A DNA stretch of 63,846 bases, the filler included, from Gemmatimonadota bacterium (GTDB lineage: Bacteria; 4572-55; J002): the NCBI GenBank assembly GCA_003697105.1. It is 5 parts of 5 records of this genome, joined end to end, with 100 filler letters (N's around TTAATTAATTAA, not from the genome) between each part and the next. Parts side by side here need not be neighbours in the genome. Positions count along the whole stretch, not along the records: positions 31,714 to 43,224 come from RFFQ01000165.1; positions 43,325 to 57,765 come from RFFQ01000018.1; 3 more parts are not named here. One strand, 5' to 3'. The stretch's first letter is position 1, and each line of letters begins with the position of its first letter. The translations under genes were made by a program, and so were the position numbers. The notes under the pieces were generated by a model, which was not told the origin of the DNA, did no database searches, and saw only the letters and a program-made list of their open reading frames with translations. Below, piece after piece: positions 36,018 through 46,750 of the stretch.

Positions 36018-38129
36018 CTAAAACCGGTATCCGATCGTGGCTAAAAGCCACCGACCCGGTTGGGGATACGGGTGAACCACACTCCCTCCCTGCTCGTACT
36101 CCTCATCGAGCAGGTTATAGATACGGAAGTCAACGGATACCCCGCTATCATGGATATTGTTATAACGGACGCCCGCATTGAAGAGCACAACCGCATCCAC
36201 TTCGTTTTCTGGAAAATTATAGCTCACTTCGGGTGAGGCTACAATATTGATCGGGGAGAGTTGTTTCCCCACATAACGTGCCGTCAGATTCACCCATAAA
36301 TCGCGTTCTTGACGGTAAAATGGTTTCACGTCCACAATAAGATTGCCAAACAGATTGGGGACGTTGTGGATTTGTTCGTCGGTTACAGCATAATTGACGG
36401 CATCCACTGCCCGTTGGTAGGTAAAATTTGCCCGAATTTTATAGGCGGGGTGGAGATAATCGATTTCGCCTTCAATGCCCCAACTTTCCAAACTACCGGC
36501 GTTTTGATATTTAATTTCTGCCTCTGGATCGTTGTTTCGCCAGATAAAATCGGTCAATTCGCTGTAATATAGATTTAAGCGGTTGACCAGCCGTCCGTTC
36601 CACCACCGGAAGGTGGGGGTCAGTTGGTAGGCGGTCAAATATTCCGGTTTCAGGGATTCTGCGCCTTGATAGCTTGCAAGGGAATTATATCGGTACCAGT
36701 ACGGACCATCCACAAAGGATTCGGCGTAGGATGCCCGAATTTCCATCTGGTCAGATGGCAGAAAAATCAGTGCCAAACGCGGTGAAAAATCCGTGAGATT
36801 GTCTCCTTTGTGCCGGTCTTTATTATCAAACCGGAAGCCGGTGTTGAGAATCCATCGGTCGTTAAACCGGTGTTTGATCTGACCAAAACCGGAATACACG
36901 ACCTCCTCACCCAGTTCTAAAAGGGGGTTCTGGCTATTTCCGATGAAACCCGACCATTCCCCCGGATTTTCAGCATCGTTTCCGATAGGGAAACTGCTAT
37001 CATAGACGCGCATTTTATCAATTTGCGCACCGAGCAGGACATTACCGGAGCCGAGGCGCCACTGGTAATGTCGATTCAACTGAAGTGTGCCGCCGGTACT
37101 GTATTCATCCCAGCGAGGTCCCGCGTACATTTTGACCGCCGGAGCTAAGATCAACACCGTGTTTAGATGATTCAGATTGTAGTAGGTTTGGACATCCACG
37201 CTCATCATCTCTGAAAGCTGTTTATGGTACTCTAGCCCGAAATGAGCGGATTGGGAGCTTAAGCCTGGACCTTCACCATCAAGGGTATTATAATCCGCGT
37301 AATGATAGAGTTGACCAGTTGCGCCGCCACCGGAAAACGGTTCGATGTAATGGTTGTAGCGTTGGGTGGCTAATAATTTGAAGTCCCCAAAGCGATATTT
37401 AACGCCCACATCATAAGCGGGGCGGTCTGTGACGCCACCGACAATTGCCTCTCCTCCCTGCGGATTTGCGGTGTAGTCCTTTTCGGCAGGAACATCCACT
37501 TTTTCCCCTTTGGCTTCATAAAACGTACCCCACAGCAGAACCTCATGGGACGCATCAAACGTTTTGCCGCATACAAAACTTCCTCTTTTTTGCCCGTAAT
37601 TGCCGGCACTAACCGACACCTGTGTCCCGTTTAGATCATTACCGGATTTGGTGATGATATTAATCACCGCGGTGAGTGCCACGTTGCCGTATAGTGGGGA
37701 GCCGGGTCCGCGCAGAATTTCAATCTGTTTGATTTTATCCAAACTGATGGAAAAATCCGGGTTGGCTTCGGAATAGGCACGGGAATTCAATCGAAAACCA
37801 TCCAAAAAGATGAGGACTTTTTGCTGGGAGGAGGCGTAAATACCGCGCATAGCAATATTAATCTCATTATGATCCTGACTGAAGCTGAAGCCCGGGACAT
37901 AAGTGATCAGCAAATCTTTTAAGGTTAATGCTCCGCTATTCTGGATCATCTCACTGGTGATAACGGTTACCGGCACCGGGACTTCTTGCACCGGTTCGCT
38001 CTGTTTAGATGCCGTCACCACAACGACTTCTTCCACAACTTCTAATAATTCATCCCAATCATCCTGGGCGAGACCCCCCACAGGAAACGCCAACCCACTT
38101 ATTAGACATATTAACACAAGACGTAACAT
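36018..38129 (-). CDS. TonB-dependent receptor (plug and barrel)
   Basis: Signal peptide from MLRLVLIC; VVVTASK, plug IKQIEILRGPGSPLYG, NLLDEEY...PGR, C-terminal YRF. Confidence 0.92.
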   Translation of the reverse strand: MLRLVLICLISGLAFPVGGLAQDDWDELLEVVEEVVVVTASKQSEPVQEVPVPVTVITSEMIQNSGALTLKDLLITYVPGFSFSQDHNEINIAMRGIYASSQQKVLIFLDGFRLNSRAYSEANPDFSISLDKIKQIEILRGPGSPLYGNVALTAVINIITKSGNDLNGTQVSVSAGNYGQKRGSFVCGKTFDASHEVLLWGTFYEAKGEKVDVPAEKDYTANPQGGEAIVGGVTDRPAYDVGVKYRFGDFKLLATQRYNHYIEPFSGGGATGQLYHYADYNTLDGEGPGLSSQSAHFGLEYHKQLSEMMSVDVQTYYNLNHLNTVLILAPAVKMYAGPRWDEYSTGGTLQLNRHYQWRLGSGNVLLGAQIDKMRVYDSSFPIGNDAENPGEWSGFIGNSQNPLLELGEEVVYSGFGQIKHRFNDRWILNTGFRFDNKDRHKGDNLTDFSPRLALIFLPSDQMEIRASYAESFVDGPYWYRYNSLASYQGAESLKPEYLTAYQLTPTFRWWNGRLVNRLNLYYSELTDFIWRNNDPEAEIKYQNAGSLESWGIEGEIDYLHPAYKIRANFTYQRAVDAVNYAVTDEQIHNVPNLFGNLIVDVKPFYRQERDLWVNLTARYVGKQLSPINIVASPEVSYNFPENEVDAVVLFNAGVRYNNIHDSGVSVDFRIYNLLDEEYEQGGSVVHPYPQPGRWLLATIGYRF

Positions 38130-38172
38130 GCGATATAACCTCCTTTTCCCCTTTGAAGTGGACAAAATACAG

Positions 38173-38742
38173 CTATTCACAGCCGTTTCCGGTGAAATAC
38201 GGCTTACTACGGAGCTTTTTGGAGTATGACAATGGTGAAATTTCACAGTTGGCAATCAATTTGACCAATCGCCAACGCTCGATGGTGGGATCATCACTTT
38301 TGTTTTCATATATCAACGTGGTGAACAAAAAATTTTGGTAGTTTTCGTCCAACATTCCGATGGTAAAAATGCCTTTTTCGGTGTACGTTTTCAATAACTT
38401 CAGGGATTTCGGAGTGGCATCCAAGACCCAGATGATTTGTCCTTCAAATGTTTCGAGGGTTGTTGCCTGCAATGGAATGACTTCAATGTGGTTATGCTGG
38501 GTTACGTTCTGCACCAATTCCGCATCCCACGTTTTTAAGGATTTAAAGACATCTAAATCCGCGGCGGGAACGTCCGATTCGCTAAATACGCCAATTGTCA
38601 GTGTGTCCGTCTGACTTTGGATGCCGGCAGACGCGGCGAATACCGGCAGGCTGTTGGCGAAGCGTTCCAATGTGTTTGCCGGTGCGCCAGCGAACCAGAC
38701 CAGGACGAGTAGTCCGACGTTGAGGATTCGTAATATTGCCAT
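38173..38742 (-). CDS. Periplasmic protein, YfiR/HmsC (DUF4154)-like
   Basis: Signal peptide, 189 aa; LTIGVF, QIIWV, GIFTIG, LSYSKKL follow the YfiR pattern; next to a TonB receptor. Confidence 0.55.
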   Translation of the reverse strand: MAILRILNVGLLVLVWFAGAPANTLERFANSLPVFAASAGIQSQTDTLTIGVFSESDVPAADLDVFKSLKTWDAELVQNVTQHNHIEVIPLQATTLETFEGQIIWVLDATPKSLKLLKTYTEKGIFTIGMLDENYQNFLFTTLIYENKSDDPTIERWRLVKLIANCEISPLSYSKKLRSKPYFTGNGCE

Positions 38743-38765
38743 GATACGCCTCCACAGATGGGGGA

Positions 38766-40343
38766 TTATACCTTAAATTTGTCTATTAGTGCCGCTAACT
38801 TTTGCGCACATGCCACTGTGTTTTGGACCCGGATGCGAATATCGGTCATCGAAGTGGTTTGGTGTTGGGTGGCGGTGGATACATGTTGTGACAAATTGAG
38901 GTTGGTTTCTGCGGATTGTGCCACATTTTCTAAGGTTTTCACAAACGTTTGCACCATCTCTTTTTGCTGTGCCGCTAATTCACTAATATGGTGGATCACC
39001 TGAGCGGATTGATCGGTTTCGGAGGCAATGGTTTGGAAGATGACGGTTGTTTCTTCAATGGCTTTTTTTCCTTCGCTGACTTTTGCGGTGACCACATCGG
39101 TTTGTTGCACCGTTTCGGCAGAGATTTTCTCAATTTCTTCGATGTAACGGGCAATATCTTGGGTAGCGTGTTCGGTTTGACTGGCTAAACGCCGGATTTC
39201 TTCAGCGACCACGGCGAACCCCCGCCCTTGTTCGCCGGCATGTGCCGCTTCTATGGCGGCGTTGAGGGCGAGCAAATTGACTTGCCGCGAAATGTCATCA
39301 ATGACGCGCACAATCGATTGAATCCGGCGGGATTTCTCGCTTAATGCTTTTACGGTATGCACTGCTTGATGAGAGACCTGCGACATATCCGCTATTTTCT
39401 GGGCAAGCGTCTGGATCGCCGTTGACCCGGATGATGCCGATTGGGTCACCGTCACCGAAACCCGCTGCGCTTCCTGTGCCGAGCGGTTGACTTGATCCGA
39501 AAATCCAGAAAGATGACCTGAATCCTGAAGCATGTGTTCCACCCGGCGGGATTGCTGTTCCGCCCCGGCTGAAATGGATTGAACAACTTGGGTAACTTCT
39601 TGGGATTCCTCACTAAGTTGGCTACTCGTTTGGCTCAAATCTACCATATTCTGGGTGATGGTTTCCGAGACGCTCACGACTTCCTGCACCAGTGCTTGCA
39701 AATGTGTCATAAATTCATCAAATGTTTTTGCTAATAGCCCAATTTCATCGCGGGAATCCATATTTAACCGTTGGGTGAGATCGCCTTCACCTTTGGCAAT
39801 TTCGCGTAAGCGTCTTATCACCTGCATAATTGGTTTGACGGCGATCAGGTTTAAAAATAGGGATAAGATGATTGCTACGATTAAGGTTGCCAGCGCCCCA
39901 TAGCCCATAAATTTGAGTTCCGTGAGCCAAATTGAGCGGAAATCGCGGCGAAGTTTAACCCACAATGCGGTGCCACTCTCCGGGAGATAATGCTGGAGGA
40001 TCACCTCTTCACCATGATAATAGACCGTATCTTGCGGGACAATTGTCCTCTCAAAAGAACCCCAGTCTCCGGCAAGGGCAATACCCGGCTCAAACTCGGA
40101 ATCAAACGCTACGGCAATATTCAGACGTTCGGCGGTCGTTTCCAGACGAATCTGTATCTCATCATATGCCTCAACATTGTACAACCCCTCGGCAATGTCT
40201 CCCAGTAGTAAGGCCTGGCTCATTCCTTCAGTGATGGTGCGTTCCCGTAAATTGGTAGCACCTTCAAAAAGACGAATCCCGTGCAGCACCAATAGGGTGA
40301 GAAACATGCCGCAAATGGTGGCTAAACTGATCTTTAATCGCAT
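38766..40343 (-). CDS. Methyl-accepting chemotaxis protein
   Basis: Two TM helices, [13 protein letters not shown]...[41 protein letters not shown]. Confidence 0.95.
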   Translation of the reverse strand: MRLKISLATICGMFLTLLVLHGIRLFEGATNLRERTITEGMSQALLLGDIAEGLYNVEAYDEIQIRLETTAERLNIAVAFDSEFEPGIALAGDWGSFERTIVPQDTVYYHGEEVILQHYLPESGTALWVKLRRDFRSIWLTELKFMGYGALATLIVAIILSLFLNLIAVKPIMQVIRRLREIAKGEGDLTQRLNMDSRDEIGLLAKTFDEFMTHLQALVQEVVSVSETITQNMVDLSQTSSQLSEESQEVTQVVQSISAGAEQQSRRVEHMLQDSGHLSGFSDQVNRSAQEAQRVSVTVTQSASSGSTAIQTLAQKIADMSQVSHQAVHTVKALSEKSRRIQSIVRVIDDISRQVNLLALNAAIEAAHAGEQGRGFAVVAEEIRRLASQTEHATQDIARYIEEIEKISAETVQQTDVVTAKVSEGKKAIEETTVIFQTIASETDQSAQVIHHISELAAQQKEMVQTFVKTLENVAQSAETNLNLSQHVSTATQHQTTSMTDIRIRVQNTVACAQKLAALIDKFKV

Positions 40344-40391
40344 CAAACCATCCGGTTAAAGGCAACTATAGTCTGTATCTCCGTCTATTTC

Positions 40392-40420
40392 ACCGTATCA
40401 TAAATTTCGTATTTCGTCAA
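40392..40420 (-). promoter_or_regulatory. Candidate promoter for MCP-YfiR-TBDR
   Basis: TTGACG (40420-40415), 17 nt including extended TG, TACGGT (40397-40392). Confidence 0.45.
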
Positions 40421-40567
40421 ATAAAAAATATCGCTTCAAGCCAAAAAGCGATAGAGGCAAGAAGCGAATTATGTCCCGAATTCCACGGGCGGTGTTGGTG
40501 GGTGAGCCTGCCGAACTCTTCGTTAAAATGGCAGTTCACTGGTGGCGGTTAGGTGGTACGTTTGATC

Positions 40568-41413
40568 CTAAAATGTAATATTGTCTCCAATTTCCATCCC
40601 TTTTTTACCCTTTTTCAAGCGGACTGCAGGGGTATGGGGGTCATGTTCGGAGAATAAAATCCAGTTTTTTTCGAGAGCTTGGGGGAGTATCGCTTTTTTT
40701 TCGGCGAGGGTTACCAGCGGGCGCAAATCATACCCCATAATCCACGGATAGGGCAGATGGGCAAAGGTTGGGATCAGATCACCACAATAAAACAGGGTAG
40801 TTTCGTCGTCAAAAATAATGGGATGCTGTTGGGCGGCGGTGTGACCATAACAGACCTTGACCCGAATGTTCGGAAAAATTTCTCCTTCACCCTCGATGAG
40901 GTTGACCATGCCTTCCGCGCCGAGGGGGGCAAAATCTGCTTTCAGGTAGCTGGCTTGATCGCGTTCTGTGGGATTGTGTGCCCATTCCCAGTTTTCCTTT
41001 TGAACATGATAGGTGGCATTGGGGAAGGTGGGGATCAGATTCCCGACGGCATCATATTGGGTCGATCCGCCGGCGTGATCAAAATGGAGGTGGGTCAAAA
41101 TGACGTCGGTGATGTCCGCTGGAGTGAGTCCGTGCTCGGCTAATGCGGAGGTGAGGGAGCATTGGTGCGGGTCGATCTTGTAAATTTGAGCGAGTTTTGT
41201 TGTCCATTTATCCCCACAGCCATTGTCGATCAAAATCTTCCGGTCTGGACTGATCAGCAACAAGTTGCGGGTGGCCAATGGAATTCGGTTCCGTTCATCC
41301 GGGGGGGATGTCCGTTCCCAAAGCACTTTGGGGACCACGCCAAACATGGCGCCGCCGTCCAGCGCAAAACGTCCACTATCCACAATTTTAAGTTCGTAAT
41401 TGGCTATTTTCAT
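40568..41413 (-). CDS. Metallo-beta-lactamase fold hydrolase (YtnP-like)
   Basis: LDGGAMFGVVPK, THLHFDHAGG, GHT, GDLIPT, WIMGYD, HD. Confidence 0.92.
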   Translation of the reverse strand: MKIANYELKIVDSGRFALDGGAMFGVVPKVLWERTSPPDERNRIPLATRNLLLISPDRKILIDNGCGDKWTTKLAQIYKIDPHQCSLTSALAEHGLTPADITDVILTHLHFDHAGGSTQYDAVGNLIPTFPNATYHVQKENWEWAHNPTERDQASYLKADFAPLGAEGMVNLIEGEGEIFPNIRVKVCYGHTAAQQHPIIFDDETTLFYCGDLIPTFAHLPYPWIMGYDLRPLVTLAEKKAILPQALEKNWILFSEHDPHTPAVRLKKGKKGMEIGDNITF

Positions 41414-41428
41414 TGATCTTATCCTTAT

Positions 41429-42985
41429 TCAGGGGTTCGGGATTTTGTTCCGTTTAACGAGCAAACTTTCTCCGGTCATCTCTTGGGGTTGTTGGATGCC
41501 CATCAGCTCAAGCATGGTGGGGGCGATATCGCCTAATTTTCCCGGTTTGAGGGTTCCCTGATATTCATCGTCGATCAGGATCAAGGGGGTGAGGTTGGTG
41601 GTATGAGCCGTCCACGGTTTGCCGGTTTCGTAATCGAGCATTTTTTCGGCATTCCCATGATCTGCTGTAACAAGGACGATCCCACCTTGTCGCCGGACTT
41701 CCTCAATGATCCGGTTTGCGCATTCATCGACCGCTTCCACGGCTTTTACAGCGGCTTCCAGCACTCCGGTATGGCCGACCATGTCCGGGTTGGCAAAATT
41801 GAGGATCACGACATCATATTTTTCGGTTTTTAGCTGATTGAGGGTGGATTCTGTTAGTTCGTAAGCGCTCATTTCGGGCTTCATATCGTAGGTGGGTACT
41901 TTCGGCGACGGGATGAGAATCCGGTCTTCACCTTCAAAAGGGGTTTCTTCGCCCCCATTAAAAAAGTAGGTTACGTGGGCGTATTTTTCGGTTTCTGCCG
42001 TGCGGAGTTGGTTTAACCCGTGGGCGGCGACAACTTCTCCGAAAATCCGGGATAAACTTTGCGGCGGAAATGCCACCGGTAGATCGAATGTGTCCTCATA
42101 TTGGGTCATCATCACGTAGTGTACGTTGGGGTGTTGGGGGCGTTCAAACCCGTCAAAATCCGTATCTACCAAGGCATGGGTGAGCTGCCGTGCCCGATCC
42201 GCACGAAAATTGAAGAAAATGATACTATCCTGATCCCCAATGGTACCGGTTGGCTGGTTTTGCTCATCCACAATGACAATCGGGTGGGCAAACTCATCGC
42301 CCCGAGGGTCTTTGGTGTAAAATTCCCGGATGGCTTGTACCGGCTGGGTGGCTTTCGTACCCAGACCTTGAGTCATGAGATCATATCCCAATTTTGTGCG
42401 TTCCCACCGTTTGTCCCGATCCATCGCGTAATAGCGTCCTACAATAGATGCAATTTGACCCACACCAATTTGATGGATTTGATCTTGTAATGCGCGCAGA
42501 TACGCTTCTCCTCCGGTGGGAGAGGTATCGCGCCCATCCATAATGGCGTGGATATAGACGCGGGTCAGCCCCTGCGCTTTTGCCAATTTGAGGAGCGCGT
42601 AGAGATGATCTTGATGGCTATGAACACCGCCATCCGAGAGTAAACCAATCAGATGCAGGGCGGAATGATGGGCTTTGGCATGTTCTATCGCCCCCAAAAG
42701 TGCCGTATTGTGGAAGAATGAACCATCCTTGATTGCTAGGTTGATGCGGGTAATGTCTTGATAGACGATTCGCCCCGCGCCTAAATTAAGATGTCCAACT
42801 TCCGAGTTGCCCATCTGTCCCTCCGGTAGTCCCACATCATAACCGGAACACCGGATTGTGGTGTGGGGGTAACTGTTTCGCCACTGATGCCAATGCGGCA
42901 AATTCGCTTGTGCGATGGCGTTGTGGTCGGGATTATCGCTCAGCCCCCAGCCGTCAAGAATCATCAACATAATGGGTCGTCGCAC
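41429..42985 (-). CDS. gpmI: 2,3-bisphosphoglycerate-independent phosphoglycerate mutase
   Basis: ILDGWG, GQMGNSEVGH, GRYYAMDRD, AETEKYAHVT, NPDMVGHTG, TADHGN. Confidence 0.98.
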   Translation of the reverse strand: MRRPIMLMILDGWGLSDNPDHNAIAQANLPHWHQWRNSYPHTTIRCSGYDVGLPEGQMGNSEVGHLNLGAGRIVYQDITRINLAIKDGSFFHNTALLGAIEHAKAHHSALHLIGLLSDGGVHSHQDHLYALLKLAKAQGLTRVYIHAIMDGRDTSPTGGEAYLRALQDQIHQIGVGQIASIVGRYYAMDRDKRWERTKLGYDLMTQGLGTKATQPVQAIREFYTKDPRGDEFAHPIVIVDEQNQPTGTIGDQDSIIFFNFRADRARQLTHALVDTDFDGFERPQHPNVHYVMMTQYEDTFDLPVAFPPQSLSRIFGEVVAAHGLNQLRTAETEKYAHVTYFFNGGEETPFEGEDRILIPSPKVPTYDMKPEMSAYELTESTLNQLKTEKYDVVILNFANPDMVGHTGVLEAAVKAVEAVDECANRIIEEVRRQGGIVLVTADHGNAEKMLDYETGKPWTAHTTNLTPLILIDDEYQGTLKPGKLGDIAPTMLELMGIQQPQEMTGESLLVKRNKIPNP

Positions 42986-43035
42986 GATTATCTCTCCATC
43001 TTGATAGGGTTAAAATAGTTCTCAATGTTGCTAGT

Positions 43036-43064
43036 ATTGTATGCTTTTTAGGGAGGATTGTCAA
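43036..43064 (-). promoter_or_regulatory. sigma70-type promoter for gpmI
   Basis: TTGACA (43064-43059), 17 nt, TACAAT (43041-43036). Confidence 0.75.
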
Positions 43065-43145
43065 ATAAATACCGTTTCACCCATGTGATCTTTTTTAACA
43101 GGTCGTCAATTTCTACCGCACTTCAGGATACGCCCGGAAAATCAC

Positions 43146-43174
43146 TTGACATTTAACGCGTTAAAAAACATAAT
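43146..43174 (+). promoter_or_regulatory. sigma70-type promoter pointing into the gap
   Basis: TTGACA (43146-43151), 17 nt, CATAAT (43169-43174). Confidence 0.65.
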
Positions 43175-43224
43175 ATATATCATAATATACCTCCCTGTCT
43201 GATATACCCGAATCTTGTTGCGGA

Positions 43225-43324
43225 NNNNNNNNNNNNNNNNNNNNNNNNNNNNNNNNNNNNNNNNNNNNTTAATTAATTAANNNNNNNNNNNNNNNNNNNN
43301 NNNNNNNNNNNNNNNNNNNNNNNN
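43225..43324. other. Assembly gap with linker
   Basis: N runs and TTAATTAATTAA. Confidence 0.99.
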
Positions 43325-43326
43325 AC

Positions 43327-43488
43327 GTTGAGCGTGGAGAATCCCCCGCTGTTGAACCCCAAAGGGACGATACCGCACCGGAAGAATCCTCCGCAGATGA
43401 AGCTGAGCGTGGAGAATCCCCCGCTGTTGAACCCGAAGCAGGGGAAGCGCACGGGATCGTGGCGGACAGCGAAGAAAAACCTGCGTAA
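43327..43488 (+). CDS. Acidic repetitive C-terminus of a gene truncated by the gap
   Basis: VERGESPAVEPQRDDTAPEESSADEAERGESPAVEPEAGEAHGIVADSEEKPA*, directly followed by a terminator. Confidence 0.5.
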   Translation, partial: VERGESPAVEPQRDDTAPEESSADEAERGESPAVEPEAGEAHGIVADSEEKPA

Positions 43489-43496
43489 ACTGTCTG

Positions 43497-43544
43497 AGTT
43501 GCACCAAGGGAATACAATATAGAGTTCCCTTGGTGCAACTTTTT
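43497..43544 (+). terminator. Intrinsic terminator
   Basis: AGTTGCACCAAGGGAA / TTCCCTTGGTGCAACT stem then T run. Confidence 0.8.
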
Positions 43545-43726
43545 CCGCTTCTAATATTTTACCTGATTGCCCTGGTTCTGCCTGAATACATGGGGCTGTT
43601 TCCGGTCCCCAAGCCGATTCATCGGGTTTCCTCCCGTGGCGAGACCCGCCCGTCCTCCTTCCCTTCAGCACCGTTGCGAAAGAACTCTTTGAAGTAAACC
43701 GTTAACGTCTAATATCATCATGTGTT

Positions 43727-45802
43727 ATGAAGCGCCATCTAATCGCCATCCTGCACAGCTATTCTGAGATATTTTTTTTGCGGAGTATCGGGATGGGTGC
43801 CGGATTTATTGCTTTAACGTTTCTGGTTCCCAATATGGCATTCGCGGGATTATTAGCGATCCTTTCTGCTTATCTGTTTGCCTACTTTATTGGTATGAAG
43901 CCGGACTTCCTCAAAACGGGCTTTTATACATATAATCCGCTGTTAGTTGGGCTGGCGATTGGGTATTTGTTCAAGCTGACGCCCCTCACCATCTTTTTTG
44001 TGGTCTTCACCGGTATTTTTACGTTTGTGGTGACGATCATGCTGGACAGCCTTTTCTGGCAATATTTACGTCTCCCGATTCTAAGTGTTCCGTTTGTGGG
44101 GATTACTTCCATTGTCTATCTTGCGGCTTCCAATTATACCAATTTGTTTGTTACGGCGTTGTATCCGCATCCCGTTTTACCGGTAGTAGAGGCTCAATTA
44201 CCGTTTTGGGTTACCGGGTTTTTAAAGTCGTTGGGTGCGGTTTTTTTTCTACCCAACGTATGGGCAGGGCTAGGAATTGCCGTGATTTTACTTGTCGCTT
44301 CCCGGATTCTGTTCATGTTAGCGGTGGTGGGTTATTATAGCGGGTCGTTGCTGATCGCCCTTTTGGTAGGGTCACCGGCGCAGGCGTTTGCGGACATCAA
44401 TCATTTCAATTTTATTTTGATCGCGATGGCCGTGGGTGGGGTTTTCCTTATTCCGTCTCTCAAAAGTTATGTGCTGGCATTGATTGCGGTTTGTTCGGCA
44501 ACGGTGTTATTGGATGCGGCTAAAACCTTTTGGTCTGATTATGGTATTCCCGGCTTTACCTTGCCGTTTAATGTTGTCTCCCTCTCGTTTGTCTATGTTT
44601 TGGGCTTGATTGCACATCCTTTGGTGGTGAAGTACATCAAGCAGACGCCGGAAGAAACGCTGGATTACTATCTTTTGAACTTACGCCGGTTTCGCGGTTC
44701 CGAGCGGACCCTTAGTTTACCGTTTTCAGGAACGTGGCAGGTCTGGCAAGGTTTTGATGGCTCATGGACGCATCAGGGGAGTTGGCGTTACGCATATGAC
44801 TTTATCATTGTGGATGATAAGGGGAATAGCTACCAACATGAGGGAACAGTTCTCACCGATTACTACTGTTTTCGGAAGCCGGTGCTGTCGCCGGTGCGCG
44901 GGCGCGTGGTACGGGTTATTTCGCATTTGCCGGATAACCCGATTGGTGAGGTCGATAAAAGTGAGAATTGGGGTAATCTGATCATCATTGAAGACCCGCG
45001 GGGATTTTATGTGGAAATCTCGCATTTTGCTCACGATTCCATCCGGGTGAACAAAGGGGATTGGGTCGAGCGGGGCACGTTGTTGGGACTGTGTGGCAAT
45101 TCCGGCTATTCCCCCCAACCCCATTTGCACGTTCAAGTACAAGCCACCTCGGAAATTGGCTCGTACACCTTGCCCTTTAGCTTTGTAAGTTATACGATTG
45201 ATCACCAGTTTTACGCCAATGATGTGCCGCCGGAAGGCGCCCAAATTGAACCCATCTATCCCGATAAACATCTGGACGCTGTGACGGCATTTATGCTCGA
45301 TGACCGCTATGAATATCGGGTGCTTAAAAACGGTCAGCCGGTGGGGTACGTTAGGCTGACGGTGCGAATGGCTCCGGATGGCACGTTTTATCTGGATTCC
45401 GGTAAAGGACAACTTTATTTTGGCAAGCATGAAGGTACTTTTTATATGTACCGCCTCGAAGGGAATTGTCACTACTTGAAAATGATATTTTTAGCCCTGC
45501 CCCGGTTACCGCTAAGTGCAAAAGTAGGCTTATCTTGGCAGGATCATATCCCAGTGGGAGTCGTGGCACGAGGAATCACAAAAATGGGTATCCGCTTTTT
45601 AAGCTCCTTCTATCACGGGTTAGCCCATATCCAAACCACGTTGACGGTAACACCCGCGGGTATCGAGGGCAAAATCGAATCCAAGTTACTGAACTTAACC
45701 CAACATACCTACCTTGAACTGGATGATTACGCAGGGATTAAATCTGTGAGAATTGGCTCGCTCGAATTAAGGAGAAATGAAGATGAAACTATCCGTGGAT
45801 AA
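43727..45802 (+). CDS. Urea transporter-family membrane domain fused to an M23 peptidase domain
   Basis: About 10 TM N-terminus (SYSEIFF, GFYTYNPLLVGL, FTLPFN); M23 motifs THQGSWRYAYDF, WGN, SHF, GNSGYSPQPHLH. Confidence 0.88.
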   Translation: MKRHLIAILHSYSEIFFLRSIGMGAGFIALTFLVPNMAFAGLLAILSAYLFAYFIGMKPDFLKTGFYTYNPLLVGLAIGYLFKLTPLTIFFVVFTGIFTFVVTIMLDSLFWQYLRLPILSVPFVGITSIVYLAASNYTNLFVTALYPHPVLPVVEAQLPFWVTGFLKSLGAVFFLPNVWAGLGIAVILLVASRILFMLAVVGYYSGSLLIALLVGSPAQAFADINHFNFILIAMAVGGVFLIPSLKSYVLALIAVCSATVLLDAAKTFWSDYGIPGFTLPFNVVSLSFVYVLGLIAHPLVVKYIKQTPEETLDYYLLNLRRFRGSERTLSLPFSGTWQVWQGFDGSWTHQGSWRYAYDFIIVDDKGNSYQHEGTVLTDYYCFRKPVLSPVRGRVVRVISHLPDNPIGEVDKSENWGNLIIIEDPRGFYVEISHFAHDSIRVNKGDWVERGTLLGLCGNSGYSPQPHLHVQVQATSEIGSYTLPFSFVSYTIDHQFYANDVPPEGAQIEPIYPDKHLDAVTAFMLDDRYEYRVLKNGQPVGYVRLTVRMAPDGTFYLDSGKGQLYFGKHEGTFYMYRLEGNCHYLKMIFLALPRLPLSAKVGLSWQDHIPVGVVARGITKMGIRFLSSFYHGLAHIQTTLTVTPAGIEGKIESKLLNLTQHTYLELDDYAGIKSVRIGSLELRRNEDETIRG

Positions 45803-46733
45803 TCATCGTATTCAGATTGGAGTTATCATCTATTTAATAATGGTATCGCTCAGTTTTATGACAACGGCTGGTGCTCAAACCCCGGATCCCCCGGCTAAGT
45901 CTCCCATCCGGTGGGATGTTTTGCTCTATTATGTACCTTTGGATTATGGGGATTCACAATTTAAGAAGACAGGCGATATGACCGGTATGTACACCTATCT
46001 GGGGTACGGGTTGAACCATGCGTTTGAGGCAGAATTGGACTATACCCACGTGGATTATATTTGGATTGACGATATTAAGCAGTGGGATGTAACATTGGCG
46101 TACACCTATTTTACCCGGTTGAATTATAAATTTCGGTTGGGGGCTCACTATGTTATCTCGGATGAAGAAACCACAAATGATGTGTGGACTCTGTTTGGCG
46201 GGGTCAACCGCTATGTGTATCGCCAATGGAACGTGCAACTGGACGGATATTATTCGCGCTATCCAAACTACGCCGGTCTGGGAGTCGTACAATTAACCCC
46301 GCGCGCCGGTTTTTATTTTGGAAATCGGGTAACCTCGACGTTTTATTTTCAAACCCGGGGATATTACATCCATCTTTCGGATCGGTTGAAATTATACGAC
46401 CCAGTCCAGCTCCAGTTTTTTGCTTATACCGATCCAGATATGTTTTCGGTGGAAGAATCTATCACCTACTATCGAGGTCCCTGGACTCTGACCACTATGG
46501 GCTGGATCGGCGACCAAATGTTTGCCGTTAAAAGTGATGGTTTCTTGGTAAACAATGTGGAAGAGTTACATTCGGGGGGATACGGAATTTCGCTCAATTA
46601 TGCCCATAAGATGTCTAGCCTTACCGTGGGCTACTATGTCGATCACGTGGAGGAGCGCCATTGGAACAATCCGCGAGAACGGCGCGAGGTGCGCTTCCAA
46701 AAATATGTAATCAGCCTGGGACATACCTTTTAA
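45777..46733 (+). CDS. Putative outer-membrane beta-barrel protein
   Basis: Signal-like N-terminus, Tyr/Gly-rich amphipathic strands, C-terminal LGHTF. Confidence 0.7.
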   Translation: MKMKLSVDNHRIQIGVIIYLIMVSLSFMTTAGAQTPDPPAKSPIRWDVLLYYVPLDYGDSQFKKTGDMTGMYTYLGYGLNHAFEAELDYTHVDYIWIDDIKQWDVTLAYTYFTRLNYKFRLGAHYVISDEETTNDVWTLFGGVNRYVYRQWNVQLDGYYSRYPNYAGLGVVQLTPRAGFYFGNRVTSTFYFQTRGYYIHLSDRLKLYDPVQLQFFAYTDPDMFSVEESITYYRGPWTLTTMGWIGDQMFAVKSDGFLVNNVEELHSGGYGISLNYAHKMSSLTVGYYVDHVEERHWNNPRERREVRFQKYVISLGHTF

Positions 46734-46750
46734 CGAAAGGACGGAATGTT

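Noticed and set aside
43328-43522. Track ORF MSVENPPLLNPK... with a repeated peptide
   Set aside because: It runs into the terminator stem; the alternative acidic frame ending at 43488 fits better.
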